This document shows positions 12,101-25,289 of a stretch of DNA of 64,000 nucleotides, one piece after another. The DNA comes from Eledone cirrhosa. Its lineage: Eukaryota. Position 1 is the stretch's first letter, and each line of letters begins with the position of its first letter. The position numbers were made by a program, and so were the translations under genes. Where the stretch lies: assembly GCA_964016885.1 (NCBI GenBank), contig CAXHJY010000255.1:10539-74538 (forward strand), given 5' to 3'. Under the pieces are notes generated by a model. It worked only from the letters and a program-made list of their open reading frames with translations. It was not told where the DNA came from and searched no databases.

Positions 12101-12320
12101 TAGTGATATATAGCACTTCTACATAAAACAAGGGAGGCTTAGTAAAATATAGCACTTCTACATGAAACAGGGGAGGCCTAACATCCAGGCAGCATTTGAG
12201 TGTTGCATCATATCCCTGCAACAACATTTACGAATCTCCAAATGTAGGAGCCCATCTATTGAGCAAGTCTATCTGCATGAAACAGATAAGATCATGAGAG
12301 TTGGGAAACACTATCCTGAT
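9138..12320 (+). mobile_element. R4/Dong-type non-LTR retrotransposon RT fragment carrying a 39-bp array
   Basis: LDYKKAFNSVPHSWMIEALQLAKVP..RGIFQG, then FSKDIGMEFGQDKC; after the array NIQAAFECCIISLQQHL; the FVDD region is deleted. Confidence 0.85.
9754..12180 (+). repeat. 39-bp minisatellite, about 62 copies
   Basis: Unit agtgacatatagcacttctacatgaaacaggggaggcct; source of the 799-aa minus-strand ORF. Confidence 0.98.
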
Positions 12321-12419
12321 ACATATATATATATATACACACACAGACACACATGGACCTCTTACTTCAGACTAACAAGGCTAACCACTTAGTCATAAAA
12401 ATGAATATATACATGTGTG

Positions 12420-13130
12420 TGTAGTTTTATGAACAGGATTGACATTCACAGCCAGGTTGGAAGTGGTATCATGACTGATGGGTGTAAAATCAGTCTTCTG
12501 GAATTTGCAGATGACATGATTTTACTTACCTCTACAGAAGATGATCTTCGACTTGTACTTGATAGGTGCAATGTCAAGTGCTGCATGGCTGGAATGAAAA
12601 TCAGTGCTGCGAAAGCTGAGACACTAATTCTCTCAAGCAAACCTGTGCAGTGCCCTCTACATGTGAATGGAGTTCCACTGAAGCAGGTAGAGAAGTTCAA
12701 GTATCTCGAGGCCGTGTTCATGAGTGATGGAAGGTAGAGGGTTGAATTAAGTGCAAGACTTGCAAAAGCTGTGCAGAAATGTGCCAGCTTCAGCAATCAG
12801 TATTCAGAAGAAGGGAGGTAGGTGTAAAGGCCAAACTCACTATCTTCAATTCGCTATTCATGCCAACCCTTACCTATGGTCATGAATCTTGGGTAATGAC
12901 CAAAAGAATACGATCACAAATACAAGCAACCGAAATAGGATTCCTCCGAAGGGTCTTTGGAGTAATGTTACTCGATAAAGTGCATAGCTCAGAGATCAGA
13001 GAGTCACTCCATGTAGAGCTGCTACTTCTCCAAATTGAGAGATCACAACTCCAATATTATGGGCATGTGGATAGAATGTCTCAGGAAAGAATCGCTGGAC
13101 AGATTTTACAGGCAAAAACCAACCTTGGGG
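12420..13130 (+). mobile_element. RTE-clade (Expander/Rex3-like) LINE RT fragment
   Basis: ISLLEFADDMILL..GMKISAAKAE..LKQVEKFKYL; PTLTYGHESWVMTKRIRSQIQATE..IERSQL; lacks the Cys-rich insert. Confidence 0.85.
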
Positions 13131-13214
13131 ATCCAGCCAGATCAGTTGAAGATGGTTGCTTCTGACAGGAAGCCCTCACCACCCGCTCAGGAGTGGGTGG
13201 GCGAAGAAGAGTAT

Positions 13215-13830
13215 GTGTGCACATTGCTTCATTTCTCTTCGACTTTTGCATATCCTCTGCAGTCACTGCTCATATCACTCAGCCATGCAACACCACACAC
13301 ATGCACCATACAGCCGGCCTTTCTTTTGTAGAGATAAATCTTTTGATGTCAACAGAGGTAGTAGCTCCCTAAAGTTCTTCCATCCTGTCTTTACTCTGGC
13401 TACTATGTTCTCAGAATAACCTCAAGTGTTTATCAAATCACCTAGGTAACAGAAGCTATCAACCACTTCTATAGTACCTTTATTGTTAACAGAGGTAGTA
13501 GTTCCCTGAACTTTTTTCCAAGCTGTCCTTATTCAAGCTACTATGTTCTCAGAACAACCTCCTCCACTGTTAATCAGATCACCTAAGTAACAGAAGCTAT
13601 CAACTATTTCTATGGATCCCTCCTGAGATTGGACAGAGTTTATATCATTAATGCTCTTACACTATCCCTGTGCAAATGCTACATGCAAAGTTTATCTTCA
13701 CTGTTAGTCTGCTGTTATCCCACTACATCTCTTGTATAGAGTTACTACCTACTCCTTTTCTACATATTGAACAAGAATGAACTTTGACTGATTTACCTCC
13801 CTTGCTGAACCCTAGTTTTCTAATGCAGTG
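13215..13830 (-). mobile_element. RTE LINE fragment with internal duplication
   Basis: Minus strand IEIVDSFCYLGDLINSGGGCSENIVA..GRLYGACV...HG..Q; the DSFCYLGD segment occurs twice. Confidence 0.75.
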
Positions 13831-14049
13831 ATACTTGTGCCACAAGAAAAACACCCCCACCCCATGTATATATAATTAAACTTTTAATCATCATCATTTT
13901 ACGTCCACTTTTCCCTGCTTGCAAGGTTGGGCCATCATTTCTAATAATCTATATTTGCTCTGTGGTTGTATGTAAGTATGTGAGTGTATATATGTGGTGT
14001 ATATGTATGTCTCTCACTCTCTCTTTCTATACACACACACAGTGTATAT

Positions 14050-14215
<166 letters not shown>

Positions 14216-14597
14216 GAGACGTATAGAGATTGTTTTAGCAAGAAGCTAACAGCATTCTATAACATATATATATATATATATATATACACACTCATATACA
14301 GAGTCACTATAGTGAGATATAGCGAGTCTTGAACATTTAAAACCTGACAGACCATCTCTCTCTCTCTCCAGGTCTGAACACAGCTGATTTCTTCCACAGA
14401 GAGAGAGAGAGGCCACACCCATACTGGACTGGTGTTTTTCACACACATAATAAGAGAGAGACTGATGGAGAGGAAGAAACGACCCTGGTGTTGGACCAAT
14501 ACTTTGTTTATCGGCCTCAAAAAGATTAACGGCAAAGATGACTTCAGTGAGATTTGAACCTGAAATGCCACAAATACTGGCAAACCATTGTGATGTT

Positions 14598-15400
14598 TCA
14601 TCATCATCATCATCATCATTTAACGTCCATATTCCACGCTTGCATGGGTTTAGACGGGAGTTTTCCCACTTGAGACAAGATTGGTCGTCTTGCTCGCATA
14701 GGACTGTCTGCAAGGGTTTTCTATGGCTGGATGCCCTTCCTAACACCAACCACATTTACAGTGTGGGACTGGGAGGTTTTTACCGTGTTACCTACACGGC
14801 CACATTACAGCGTGGACTGTCTGGCGGGTTTTCTACAGCTGGATGCCCTTCCTAACACCAACCACATTTACAGTGTGGGTCTGGGAGGTTTTTACCGTGT
14901 TACCTACACGGCCACATTACAGCGTGGACTGTCTGGCGGGTTTTCTACAGCTGGATGCCCTTCCTAACACCAACCATATTTACAGTGTGGGTCTGGGAGG
15001 TTTTTACCGTGTTACCTACACGGCCACATTACAGCGTGGACTGTCTGGCGGGTTTTCTACAGCTGGATGCCCTTCCTAACACCAACCACATTTACAGTGT
15101 GGGGCTGGGAGGTTTTTACCGTGTTACCTACACGGCCATATTACAGCGTGGACTGTCTGGCGGGTTTTCTACAGCTGGATGCCCTTCCTAACACCAACCA
15201 CATTTACAGTGTGGGTCTGGGAGGTTTTTACCGTGTTGCCTACACGGCCACATTACAGCGTGGACTGTGTGTGTTTTTTTTGTCGTGACACCTACACTAC
15301 CTCATTTGTTTCGGACTGGATGGTGTGGTACCAACATAACTTTACATCGAAAGGGGTGGTATTGATATGGGTGGGGGGTAGTGGGACGGGTGGTTTGAAA
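14598..15400 (-). repeat. RTE 3' UTR fragment with a 112-bp segment repeated about 5 times in tandem
   Basis: Unit ggactgtctggcgggttttctacagctggatgcccttcctaacaccaaccacatttacagtgtggg...cagcgt (14701-15268); single-copy form at 62930-63050. Confidence 0.9.
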
Positions 15401-15754
15401 GACTATAATGACACATATGATCACATGTTTATATTGTAAACTATAAAGTTAGCATGCATTACAGGAACTGGTGTATTATATATTTTGGTGCTGGTGTACT
15501 GAGGAATGTTGCGGTAATATTTCCAGCAGTATCCCCTGGCAACATGCCAAACATCTACTTTTAGCAGTTGGCTCAGCACTAGATTTCATCAATGAAAAGT
15601 CTTACCTCCCCAAACACCATTACCACGAATTATCAGTAAACAGTTTGTCTTTGGTGTCAGTGGCCTAGCTCCTCCAGATCTGGAGATCTGGAGGCCACTG
15701 ACACCAAAGTTCTTGTCAACGTTGGTGACACTCCGTTATACAGTGATGCCTCAG

Positions 15755-15759
<5 letters not shown>

Positions 15760-15794
<35 letters not shown>

Positions 15795-16372
15795 ATACAT
15801 ACGCACATACATACGCACTCACACACACACTCATACATACATACATATGCACACACACACACACACTCATACATACACACACACACACACATATGCACTC
15901 ACACACTCATACACACACACACACACATACGCACTCACACACACACTCATACATACATACAAATGCACACACACACACACACTCATACATACATACGCAC
16001 TCACACACACACTCATACATACATACATATGCACACACACACACACTCATACATACATACGCACGCACACACACACACACACACACATACATGTATACAT
16101 AAATACATGCATGTAAATACATACATACATATGTGAATGCAAACACACACACATACATATGCACACACACACAGTCATACATACATACGCACACACACAC
16201 ACACACAGTCATACATACATACGCACACACACACACACACAGTCATACATACATACGCACACACACACACACACACACACACATACATACATGTATACAT
16301 AAATACATGCATGTAAATACATACATACATATGTGAATGCAAACACACACACACACACACATACATACATAT
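15760..16372. repeat. (CA)n/(CATA)n compound microsatellite
   Basis: Direct inspection. Confidence 0.95.
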
Positions 16373-16421
16373 AACTCACAGTAATGTTGCCAGTGTGTTG
16401 GATTACATTAATGACTATATA

Positions 16422-16935
16422 AGGGCGGCGGTGGATTGGCAGCATCGGTAGAGAGTCGAACTCCATGCTTTGAAGCATGGAGTTACGTCCCTTTTATGAT
16501 CTGAGTTCAAATCCCGCCGAGGTTGACTTTGCCTTTCATCCTTATGTGGTCGATAAAATAAAGTACCAGTAATGTACTGGCATTGTGCCTAAAGTAGAAA
16601 CAATTATTATTATTATTGTTAACTTTGCCTTTCATCCTTATGTGGTCGATAAAATAAAGTACCAGTAATGTACTGGGGTAATTGCTGGCCTTGTGCCTAA
16701 AGTAGAAACAATTATTATTATTATTGTTAACTTTGCCTTTCATCCTTATGTGGTCGATAAAATAAAGTACCAGTAATGTACTGGGGTAATTGCTGGCCTT
16801 GTGCCTAAAGTAGAAACAATTATTATTATTATTGTTAATTTTGCCTTTCATCCTTATGTGGTCGATAAAATAAAGTACCAGTAATGTACTGGGGTAATTG
16901 CTGGCATTGTGCCTAAAATAGAAACAATTGATAAC
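16422..16935 (+). mobile_element. tRNA-derived SINE family B with tandemly repeated 3' half (about 105 bp x4)
   Basis: Head gggcggcggtggattggcag, B box gagttcaaatccc, core gttgactttgcctttcatcct..gtcgataaaataaagtaccag, tail gtgcctaaagtagaaacaatta. Confidence 0.85.
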
Positions 16936-17337
16936 TATATAGATTTTTTGGGGGGGTGGGGGGGTCGACACCAATGTCGGATTGGTAAAATAAAGTACCA
17001 ATCCGACATTGGTGTCGATTCTCCACCCCCAAAAAATAAATAACTATTAGAGGGAGACTCCAAAGACGGTGTCCTGTATGATCTAATATACGGGTTTCCC
17101 TCTTCCTTTTTTTTTTTTTTACTGCCATAAGTAGAATTATTTACAGATTTTAAAAAATGTAATTTACATTTGAAAAAAAAAAAAAGTTTATATATTGAAT
17201 TTATACTCTAAAGACTTAGCCCTGCGGGCATATTTGAAACTATCATAAAATAGACATCATACTGATTCCCCTATTCTCCCTTCTTACCTTTTCTACACCT
17301 CAGTGTCCTTCTATGTCCACACATTGGACTACAGTCA

Positions 17338-17510
17338 TAGAGGGTCGGACGCCATGCTTTAAAGCATGGAGTTACGTCCCTTTACGATCTGAGTTCAAAT
17401 CCCGCCGAGGTTGACTTTGCCTTTCATCCTTACGGGGGTCGATACAATAAAGTACCAGTAATGCACTGGGTAATTGCTGGCCTTGTGCCTAAAGTAGAAA
17501 CAATTATTGT
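17338..17510 (+). mobile_element. SINE family B, 5'-truncated
   Basis: Same core and tail as the 16422 copy. Confidence 0.85.
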
Positions 17511-18149
17511 TCTCTTCTATTTTACTATTTCTCCCCTTTCTATATTTTTTCTCCTTTGGCTCAGCCCTTACACACTCTATATTTGTCATTTTCAACCTAA
17601 ACACATAACTCGTCTCTACCTGTTCCGTTATGTTCCAATATGTATTGGAATGAATGGTATCAACCTTAATGGACTGATACCGTAGTAATTTCCAAAGGTT
17701 GACTGAGGAGATAGGAGTGTCTGTCTTTCTTTTTCTTTTTTTTTTCCATTGTCTTTGTCCTGTCCACTTCCTATTTTGAATATATATATATAAATATAAT
17801 CAATCTTAATTTCTTCATTCCTTCATAATAATTGTGTGTGTATGTGTATGTATGTGTGTGTGTATGTGTGTATATAAATGTGTGTGTATGTGAGTACATG
17901 TATGTTTGTGTTTCTATGTGTGTGTATATATATGTACGTGTGTGTATGCATGTATGTATGCATGCATGCATGTATGTATATGTCTGCATGCATGTGTGTG
18001 CAGGTATGGATGTTATTGTATGTGTGGCTGTGAATGTTTTGAGTTGTATGTGTGCATGTGTTTCTGTACATGTCTATATGTAGTTATTGCATGCTGTATT
18101 TCTGAAATGTTTTACATATTTTTACTGTTCCATTAATGGATTGTACTTG

Positions 18150-19490
18150 TAGTTTCCTAACTAGTTGTGTTCTTTCTGTTCCTGTGAAGCCCAGCTTCTC
18201 AAGATTTGTATTGAGGCAGTTACTGACATATCCCAGTGCCCCAATAATCACTGGTATGAATCTGAAGGTATAATCAGGGTGGAGTATTTGCAGTGCTATA
18301 TGTCACTAGGCCTCCCCTGTTTCATGTAGAAGTGCTATATGTCACTAGGCCTGCCCTGTTTCATGTAGAAGTGCTATATGTCACTAGGCCTCCCCTGTTT
18401 CATGTAGAAGTGGTATATATCACTAGGCCTCCCCTGTTTCATGTAGAAGTGCTATATGTCACTAGGCCTCCCCTGTTTCATGTAGAAGTGCTATATGTCA
18501 CTAGGCCTGCCCTGTTTCATGTAGAAGTGGTATATGTCACTAGGCCTGCCCTGTTTCATGTAGAAGTGCTATATGTCACTAGGCCTCCCCTGTTTCATGT
18601 AGAAGTGCTATATATCACTAGACCTCCCCTGTTTCATGTAGAAGCGCTATATATCACTAGGCCTGCCCTGTTTCATGTAGAAGTGGTATATGTCACTAGG
18701 TCTCCCCTGTTTCATGTAGAAGTGCTATATGTCACTAGGCCTGCCCTGTTTCATGTAGAAGCGCTATATATCAGTGTGATATGTTAGGCCTCCCCTGTTT
18801 CATGTAGAAGCGCTATATGTCAGTGTGATATGGACATTTCCAGTGCCAGAACTTTTGGGCTTGTAACATCAATGACTTGGCTCTTATCTAACTTCCAGTC
18901 AAGTAGTTCAAATGTTGATGTTAGGACAGGCTAAACAAACTTATTGTGGATTTATTGTGCACAGAGATTTCAGATGACCATATTTTTCTTATTTGGATGT
19001 TATATTCCCTGGTTAATTGTTCCTTGTTACAAATTCCAACATAGAATATGTTCTTATCTATCCCTGAGTATCAATCCCTCATCAAATACTAGTGAAACAG
19101 TTAGGCCATTGATGAAAATGTTGCTAGATTGACTTGTAGTTTTTCCTCACTTTACAATCATATATGAACATTTATCTTGGCCAAACTCCATTCCTATATC
19201 TTTCGAGAACATTGTAACCAGGTGAAGGTTTTTCTTCATCCCATCTATGTTCTTGGCATAGTTTCAGGTCATCCACAAAGAAATTATGGGTTACGTTCGT
19301 ATTTCTGTCCTCCTCTGAACCAATGATGTATCCTTCACATTTCTTGAGCATAAAGGGCAATAGTTTTAATGACAGGATAAATAGTATCAGAGAGAGACTG
19401 TCTCCTTGAAATATACCCCTGTGATGTTCTATTTTATCAGTGAAAATAAAGCCGTCCTTCTCTGTTTTTAACTTTAGGATAGTGACCCAG
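18150..19490 (-). mobile_element. R4/Dong-type retrotransposon fragment, inverted paralog of 9138-12320, with about 13 copies of the 39-bp unit
   Basis: Minus strand RGIFQGDSLS..VTHNFFVDDLKL..FSKDIGMEFGQDKC, array at 18293-18823, then LQILHPDYTFRFIPVIIGALGYV; 18780-19235 is nearly identical to the reverse complement of 9340-9830. Confidence 0.88.
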
Positions 19491-19689
19491 TTTTAAGCTA
19501 GAAAAACCTTTATTCAGTGGAATACTTGATACTTCAGATAGTAGAGTGTAAATACATTAGAGAGCTGGTGGCCTAACAGCTGAGCTCTTGCTGTTTCAAC
19601 AGTGATGTGTGTGTGTGTTGTGTGTGTTGTGTGTTGTGTGTGTGTGTGTGTGAATATGTATATATGTATGTGTGTGTATTCTGAAAGAG

Positions 19690-20600
19690 TGAAAATACGA
19701 AAGAAAAGTTCAGGGAGCTACTATTGCTGCTAGTTACAAAAGGTTGTTTTCCCCTCAAAATAAAAGGTAGATTGTATGATACTTGTGTACAAACAGTAAT
19801 GCCACATGGCAGTGAGACGTGGGCAATATTTGCAGAGGACCTACGAAGATTGGAAAGAAATGAAGCCTGCAAACTCTGATGAATGTGTAATAGTAGTGTG
19901 CTAGTGAGGGAATTGTGGTGGTATAGGCCTGTGATGTGTATGAAGGATGACAGCTGTAGAAAAAGGCATAAGAGGAGTGTGGTGGTATAGACATGTGATG
20001 TGTATGGGGGATGACAGCTGTAGAAAAAGGAGCAGGGCACTCAAAGTTAATGGAAATTATAGAACAGGAAGACCTAGGAAAGCTTGAGATGAAGTGATAA
20101 AAGCTAACATTGTCCAATTAAACCTCACAAAGGAGATGGCACAGGATCGAGAGCTCTAGTGTCATGCTGTACTACAGAAGACCCACCTTCCCATGTACAC
20201 AAAATGAAATGAAACAAATATGTAGAGGATACACTAGCCTACAGCAATGCTTTGTACCCCCTCCCCCTACTTTAATACCCTGATCACACCTAAATACTCT
20301 ATGCACCTAATTGATGTCGTATTCATCTTCTTCCCCCACACACACACACACACACCCCAACCCTGATTCAACTCACCTGCCCACTGTCCAGCCCATGAAA
20401 GCGAGACATGCTCAACATCTGACCTCCCGTAATGCTGTGACATGACAAAAAGCACAAAGTCCATCTTGTATGCTGATCTGGCATCACAACAAAAGCATCC
20501 AGTCGACCCTCTAAGATGGTCGTATGGTGCCACAATAAAAATTACCCAGTCCACTCTGTAACATTGTTGGTGTTAGGAACGACATCCAGCCATAGACATT
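19690..20600 (+). mobile_element. RTE LINE 3' fragment and UTR
   Basis: KFRELLLL..KGC.FPLKIKGRLYDTCVQTVMPHGSETWA; UTR with ggtgttaggaa.g.catccagcc. Confidence 0.75.
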
Positions 20601-21059
20601 TTAATCAATACACAAAATATCGATCATATTGCCTGACATTGCATGGTCCAAGGTAAAAATAGCAGCTTGTTAGGCCCTTATGTCAATTCTACTAAAATTA
20701 AAATTATTATTAGTAGCAGAAATACATCAGTTAATATTGTTTAGAGAAAATGTGTCTAGGTGATATTAACGGATGTACTATTGTGTGTGTGTGTGTGCGT
20801 GTGTGTGTGTGTGTGTGCGTGCATGTGTGTGTAAGCAGCCAACGCACACTGTGAATGTGGTTGCCATTAGGAAGGGTATCTGACCATAGAAACCAAGCAA
20901 AAATTAGTTCTGTGAGAGCAAAACAAGGTTCTCTGACCTGGATGTCTCACAACAGGACAGCATGTCTTACCCATGGTAAGGTGGATATTAAACAATGGTG
21001 ATGATGATGATGATGATATATGACATTCTATAGTGATTAGCGGCGGCTGCGGCGGCGGG

Positions 21060-21379
21060 TGGGGTGGGGGTGACGATGGTGAGTACCTAGCTGCTCTTTT
21101 CTGGAGAACTTTCAGTCCTCCAGGGCACATAGATTGGATGACTTCCAGAAATCCCTGGCCTGGCACTGCTACCAGGGAGCTTTGGCAGTTCAAGATAAAC
21201 TCTACAGGCATGGCAGTGCCCCCAGCCAGGCCTGTCGGGGGTGCGCAGAGGGCGAGAAAGCCGTCTTGCATGCACATGTTCAAGTGAATCCATTGTGAAG
21301 ATCACCCCCACCACCCTCCTTTAACAAGGAAGGGCAGGCAATTTTTGTCTGCCTGGTAGGTATAGCAAAAGAGGTTGTA

Positions 21380-21380
<1 letters not shown>
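21060..21380 (+). mobile_element. Tx1/L1-clade LINE C-terminal zinc-binding (zf-RVT) fragment
   Basis: A frame not in the ORF track reads DDFQKSLAWHCYQGALAVQDKLYRHGSAPSQACRGCAEGEKAVLHAHVQ; locally GC-rich. Confidence 0.75.
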
Positions 21381-21411
<31 letters not shown>

Positions 21412-21888
21412 CACACATTATATATATGTGTGTATATATATATATACACACATTATATATATGTGTGTATATATATATATATATATACACACATTATATA
21501 TATATGTGTGTATATATATATATATACACACATTATATATATAATGTGTGTATATATATATATACACACATTATATATATGTGTGTATATATATATATAT
21601 ATACACACATTATATATATAATGTGTATATATATATATATATATACACACATTATATATATATGTGTGTATATATATATATATACACACATTATATATAT
21701 AATGTGTGTATATATATATATACACACATTATATATATATGTGTGTATATATATATATATATATACACATTATATATATAATGTGTGTATATATATATAT
21801 ATATACACACATATATAATGTGTGTATATATATATATATATACACACACATTATATATATAATGTGTGTATATATATATATATATATA
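21380..21888. repeat. (TA)n/CACA/TGTG higher-order microsatellite
   Basis: Recurring acacacattatatat..atgtgtgtatatat units. Confidence 0.95.
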
Positions 21889-21934
21889 CGAAATCAAAGA
21901 AGCAAACTTTGTTTGTTTTCAATGTTTAACAATA

Positions 21935-22718
21935 TATAGTAGTAAGACATGGCCATTGTGTGCAGAGGATCTACGCAGATCGGAAAGAAACGAAGCCTGC
22001 ATGCTCCGATGGATGTGTAATAGTAATATACACAAACAGCATAGCATAAACGAATTAAGTGAGAAAAGAGGGATCAGATGCAGTTTACTAGAGAGGAGAT
22101 TACGTTGGTATGGTCATGTGATACATATGAAAGACGACAGCTGTATAACAAAGTGCAGGGCAATCAAAATTGTGGAAGCTGTGGAGTAGGAAAACCCAGG
22201 AAGACCTGGGACGAGGTGATAAAATCTGACCTTGCACACTTACACCTCTCTAAGACGATGACACAGGATCGAGATCTTTGGCGCTATGTAGTAATACAGC
22301 AAACCCACCTTCCCTTGCGCACGGACTTAAACGTACACTCAGTAGGCATCTTTTAAACCAATATACACCCTACACCCCCAACACCTCCCTCCCACACCTC
22401 CCGTACTCTGTAAAATTATGTTGCTACCACAAAGTATCCAGCCCACACAGTAAAGTAGTTGTGTAGGAGTCACGACAAAAAGCACCCAGCCTACACTGTG
22501 AAGTGTTCATATAGGTGTCACAACAAAAGGAACCCACCACACACTGTAAATGTGGTTGGCGTTAGGAAGGGCATCCAGCCGTAGAAAACCAGCCAAAAAC
22601 AGTCCTATACAAGCGAGACTCGGTCACCCGACTAAATTTGCCTCAAATGGGATAAACCCGTCTAACCCATGTTGCATGGAAGATAGACGTTAAATGATGA
22701 TGATGGTAATGATGATGA
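21935..22718 (+). mobile_element. RTE LINE 3' end with extended UTR
   Basis: TWPLCAEDLRRSERNEACMLRWMCN..RRLRWYGHV..GKPRKTWDEV; ends ggaagatagacgttaaatgatga. Confidence 0.9.
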
Positions 22719-23104
22719 TATATATATACACACGCACACTTTTTCGTAATATGTTGACTAACCAAAGCTGTGTAATCAACACTATAATCAGTAAATAATG
22801 ATGCAATTAGGTTCAAGCACTCAATGTCATGTATATCCTACCAAATGTAATTTAGTAGTCCATGACAAAATATACATACAATAATGATAATTGTGAAGGT
22901 CAGTTGAAAATATTAATTTCTCATTTTATTCAGAATCTGCCACAATACATATTTCTGGGGTGTTAATAATTACACAATACTACCATCACACAACCAACAC
23001 AACTTCCTGAGACAGCATCTTAAGTAATAAGGTTGTTATGTAACATTTCCATTCCAATGTATGTTATAGATAAAGGGATGAACTGATGCATGTTTGTTCT
23101 TCAG

Positions 23105-24335
23105 CAGCCTGTCCCTTTTGTATATCATCATCATCATCCTTTTACGTCCGCTTTTCCTTGCTTGCAAGGGTGAGACGGGTCCTTTTCAGCATCTTTCCAT
23201 TTGTCACGGTCCTTCATCATTTCCTCCATGAGCTTCAGCGATCTGAGGTCAGCTCTCACCACCTATGCCCATGATTTTCATATAAAAATTCATATAAAAA
23301 GCTTTATAAAAAGGTGCAGGCTACTCAAAGCTGAAGGAAACTTTGAAAGAGGGAAACCTAGGAAAGCTTGGAATGTGGCTATAAAAGCTGATCGTGCACA
23401 ATTAAACTGAAAGGTGTTGACACTGGATCAAGACCTCTGGTGTCTCTACTGCAGGAGACCCATCTTTGCAAGTGTACAGGATGAAGAAAACATCTAGAGG
23501 ACATTAGTATACACCAAATTTCCTGTTTCCCTTCCTCATCCATACACTTCACATGTCTTAACATAGTCCTCCTTCCCTGGCTAAGTACCCCACTTTAGAC
23601 ATATCTCTCCAAACCTTGTCCTGCATACATGCACCACACCCTCCCCCAATCCCCACCCTTCCACATCTAATATAGCTCTCTTGTCCAACCCATACAAGCT
23701 TGGAAAGCAGGACACATTTATCCCAATGCTGCTGAAATGGCTAAAAGCTCTCATTCCAGCATGTAAGGTGGTCATGCTGGTGACACAAGAAAAGCCCCTA
23801 GTCTACGATATAAGGGCCTTGTGCTGGTGACATAAAAGAGAAGCCAGTCCACTCTGTTAGGTGGTCAAGCTGGTTAAAAGACAAATAAGTACCCAGAACA
23901 CACTGTAAAGTGGTTGGTGTTAGGAAGGGCAACCAGCTGCAGAAACAAAGTGAGAAACCATTCTGTATGAGAAAAACAGATCTGAATTGTCTCACAATGG
24001 GACAACTTGTCTAACCCATGGTAGAGTGGAAAATAAAAGTAGAATGTGCAATGCAAATGTGAGAGAAAGTCAGAACTTGGATGAACTGAGGGAGAAACTG
24101 AGAATAAGAGGTGATGTGCAGGAGAAAAGTCTGAGTTGATACGGACATGTAATGTGCTTGGATGATCACTGGGTGAAGAAGTGCTGAGAAATGCCAGTGG
24201 AAGGAAGAGGTAGACCAAGGAAAAGCTGGGCAGAGGTTATGAGAGCTGATCTCAAATTGCTGAAACTCACAGAAGAGATGACGATGGAACGCAGCATGTG
24301 GAGAGATGCTAGGCTGAGAAGGACCAATCTAACCA
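23105..24335. mobile_element. Cluster of short RTE 3' fragments in both orientations
   Basis: RTE tail on minus at 23125-23270; GKPRKAW at 23350; PVEGRGRPRKSWAEV at 24190. Confidence 0.7.
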
Positions 24336-24595
24336 TTGAAAAAAACATGAGAGAGTGTTATTTCAGAAACCAAACCAGAAAATGCTTGATCAGCAGTTTC
24401 ATTCTACTATTTTTTGGATCTATTCCTATTTTCCTACAATTACTTCCATGTTAACCTTCCTCTAGGTAAAAATACAGCTAATACTTTAACTAAGGTGTTT
24501 CATAATTCAAGTACAAGGTTTTTCAGTTTTTTTGGCAACAAAATTGCTTTGTTGTAAGTTTTATCTTTGTTTGATACACATACACACACACACAC

Positions 24596-24646
<51 letters not shown>

Positions 24647-25289
24647 CACATATATATATATATACACACACACACATATATATATTTATACTTGAATATG
24701 TGTTTGTGTGTGTGTGTGCACGTGCGAGTATATCTTCATTATACTGTATTGCTTAGTTTGTTGATTCAGTTTACTTTTCACACACACACACACAGATACA
24801 TACATATATATATATATACACTCACACACACACATATATATATATATATATACACTCACTCACATACACACACATATACATACATATATACATTTAAGAA
24901 TGTATATACCTATATACATATATCATATATATATAAATATATATGATATACGTGTGTAAAGAATGTAGTTGGCAAGTAAACAAGAAATGGAATCTTAAGC
25001 CAATAAAAAAAGATTAAAACAAGATATATGGGTGTTGAACATAAAACTACAAGTAAACAACTGGAAAGAAAGAAAGCAACAGGATGCTGGGATTTTGGCA
25101 ACATTTTCGTGATTATATTATTGTTGTTGTTGTTGTTCTGCTTCTTTTCATGTCAATATCCACAAACACACATTACGTATTCTACACGTTACAATTATTT
25201 TACGTTACTATACATTCTACACATGTACCATTTTCTGCACAAATTTTGAGGTATACTTAATAAGTTTTGAGACTTTTCCTGTTCAGGAA

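Noticed and set aside
9828-12227. 799-aa ORF (and 18293-18787) as a gene
   Set aside because: Antisense reading of a 39-bp minisatellite embedded in an R4/Dong element
22934-23025. Plus-strand exon candidate after ttctcattttattcag
   Set aside because: No recognisable protein, weak donor, and no supporting neighbouring exons
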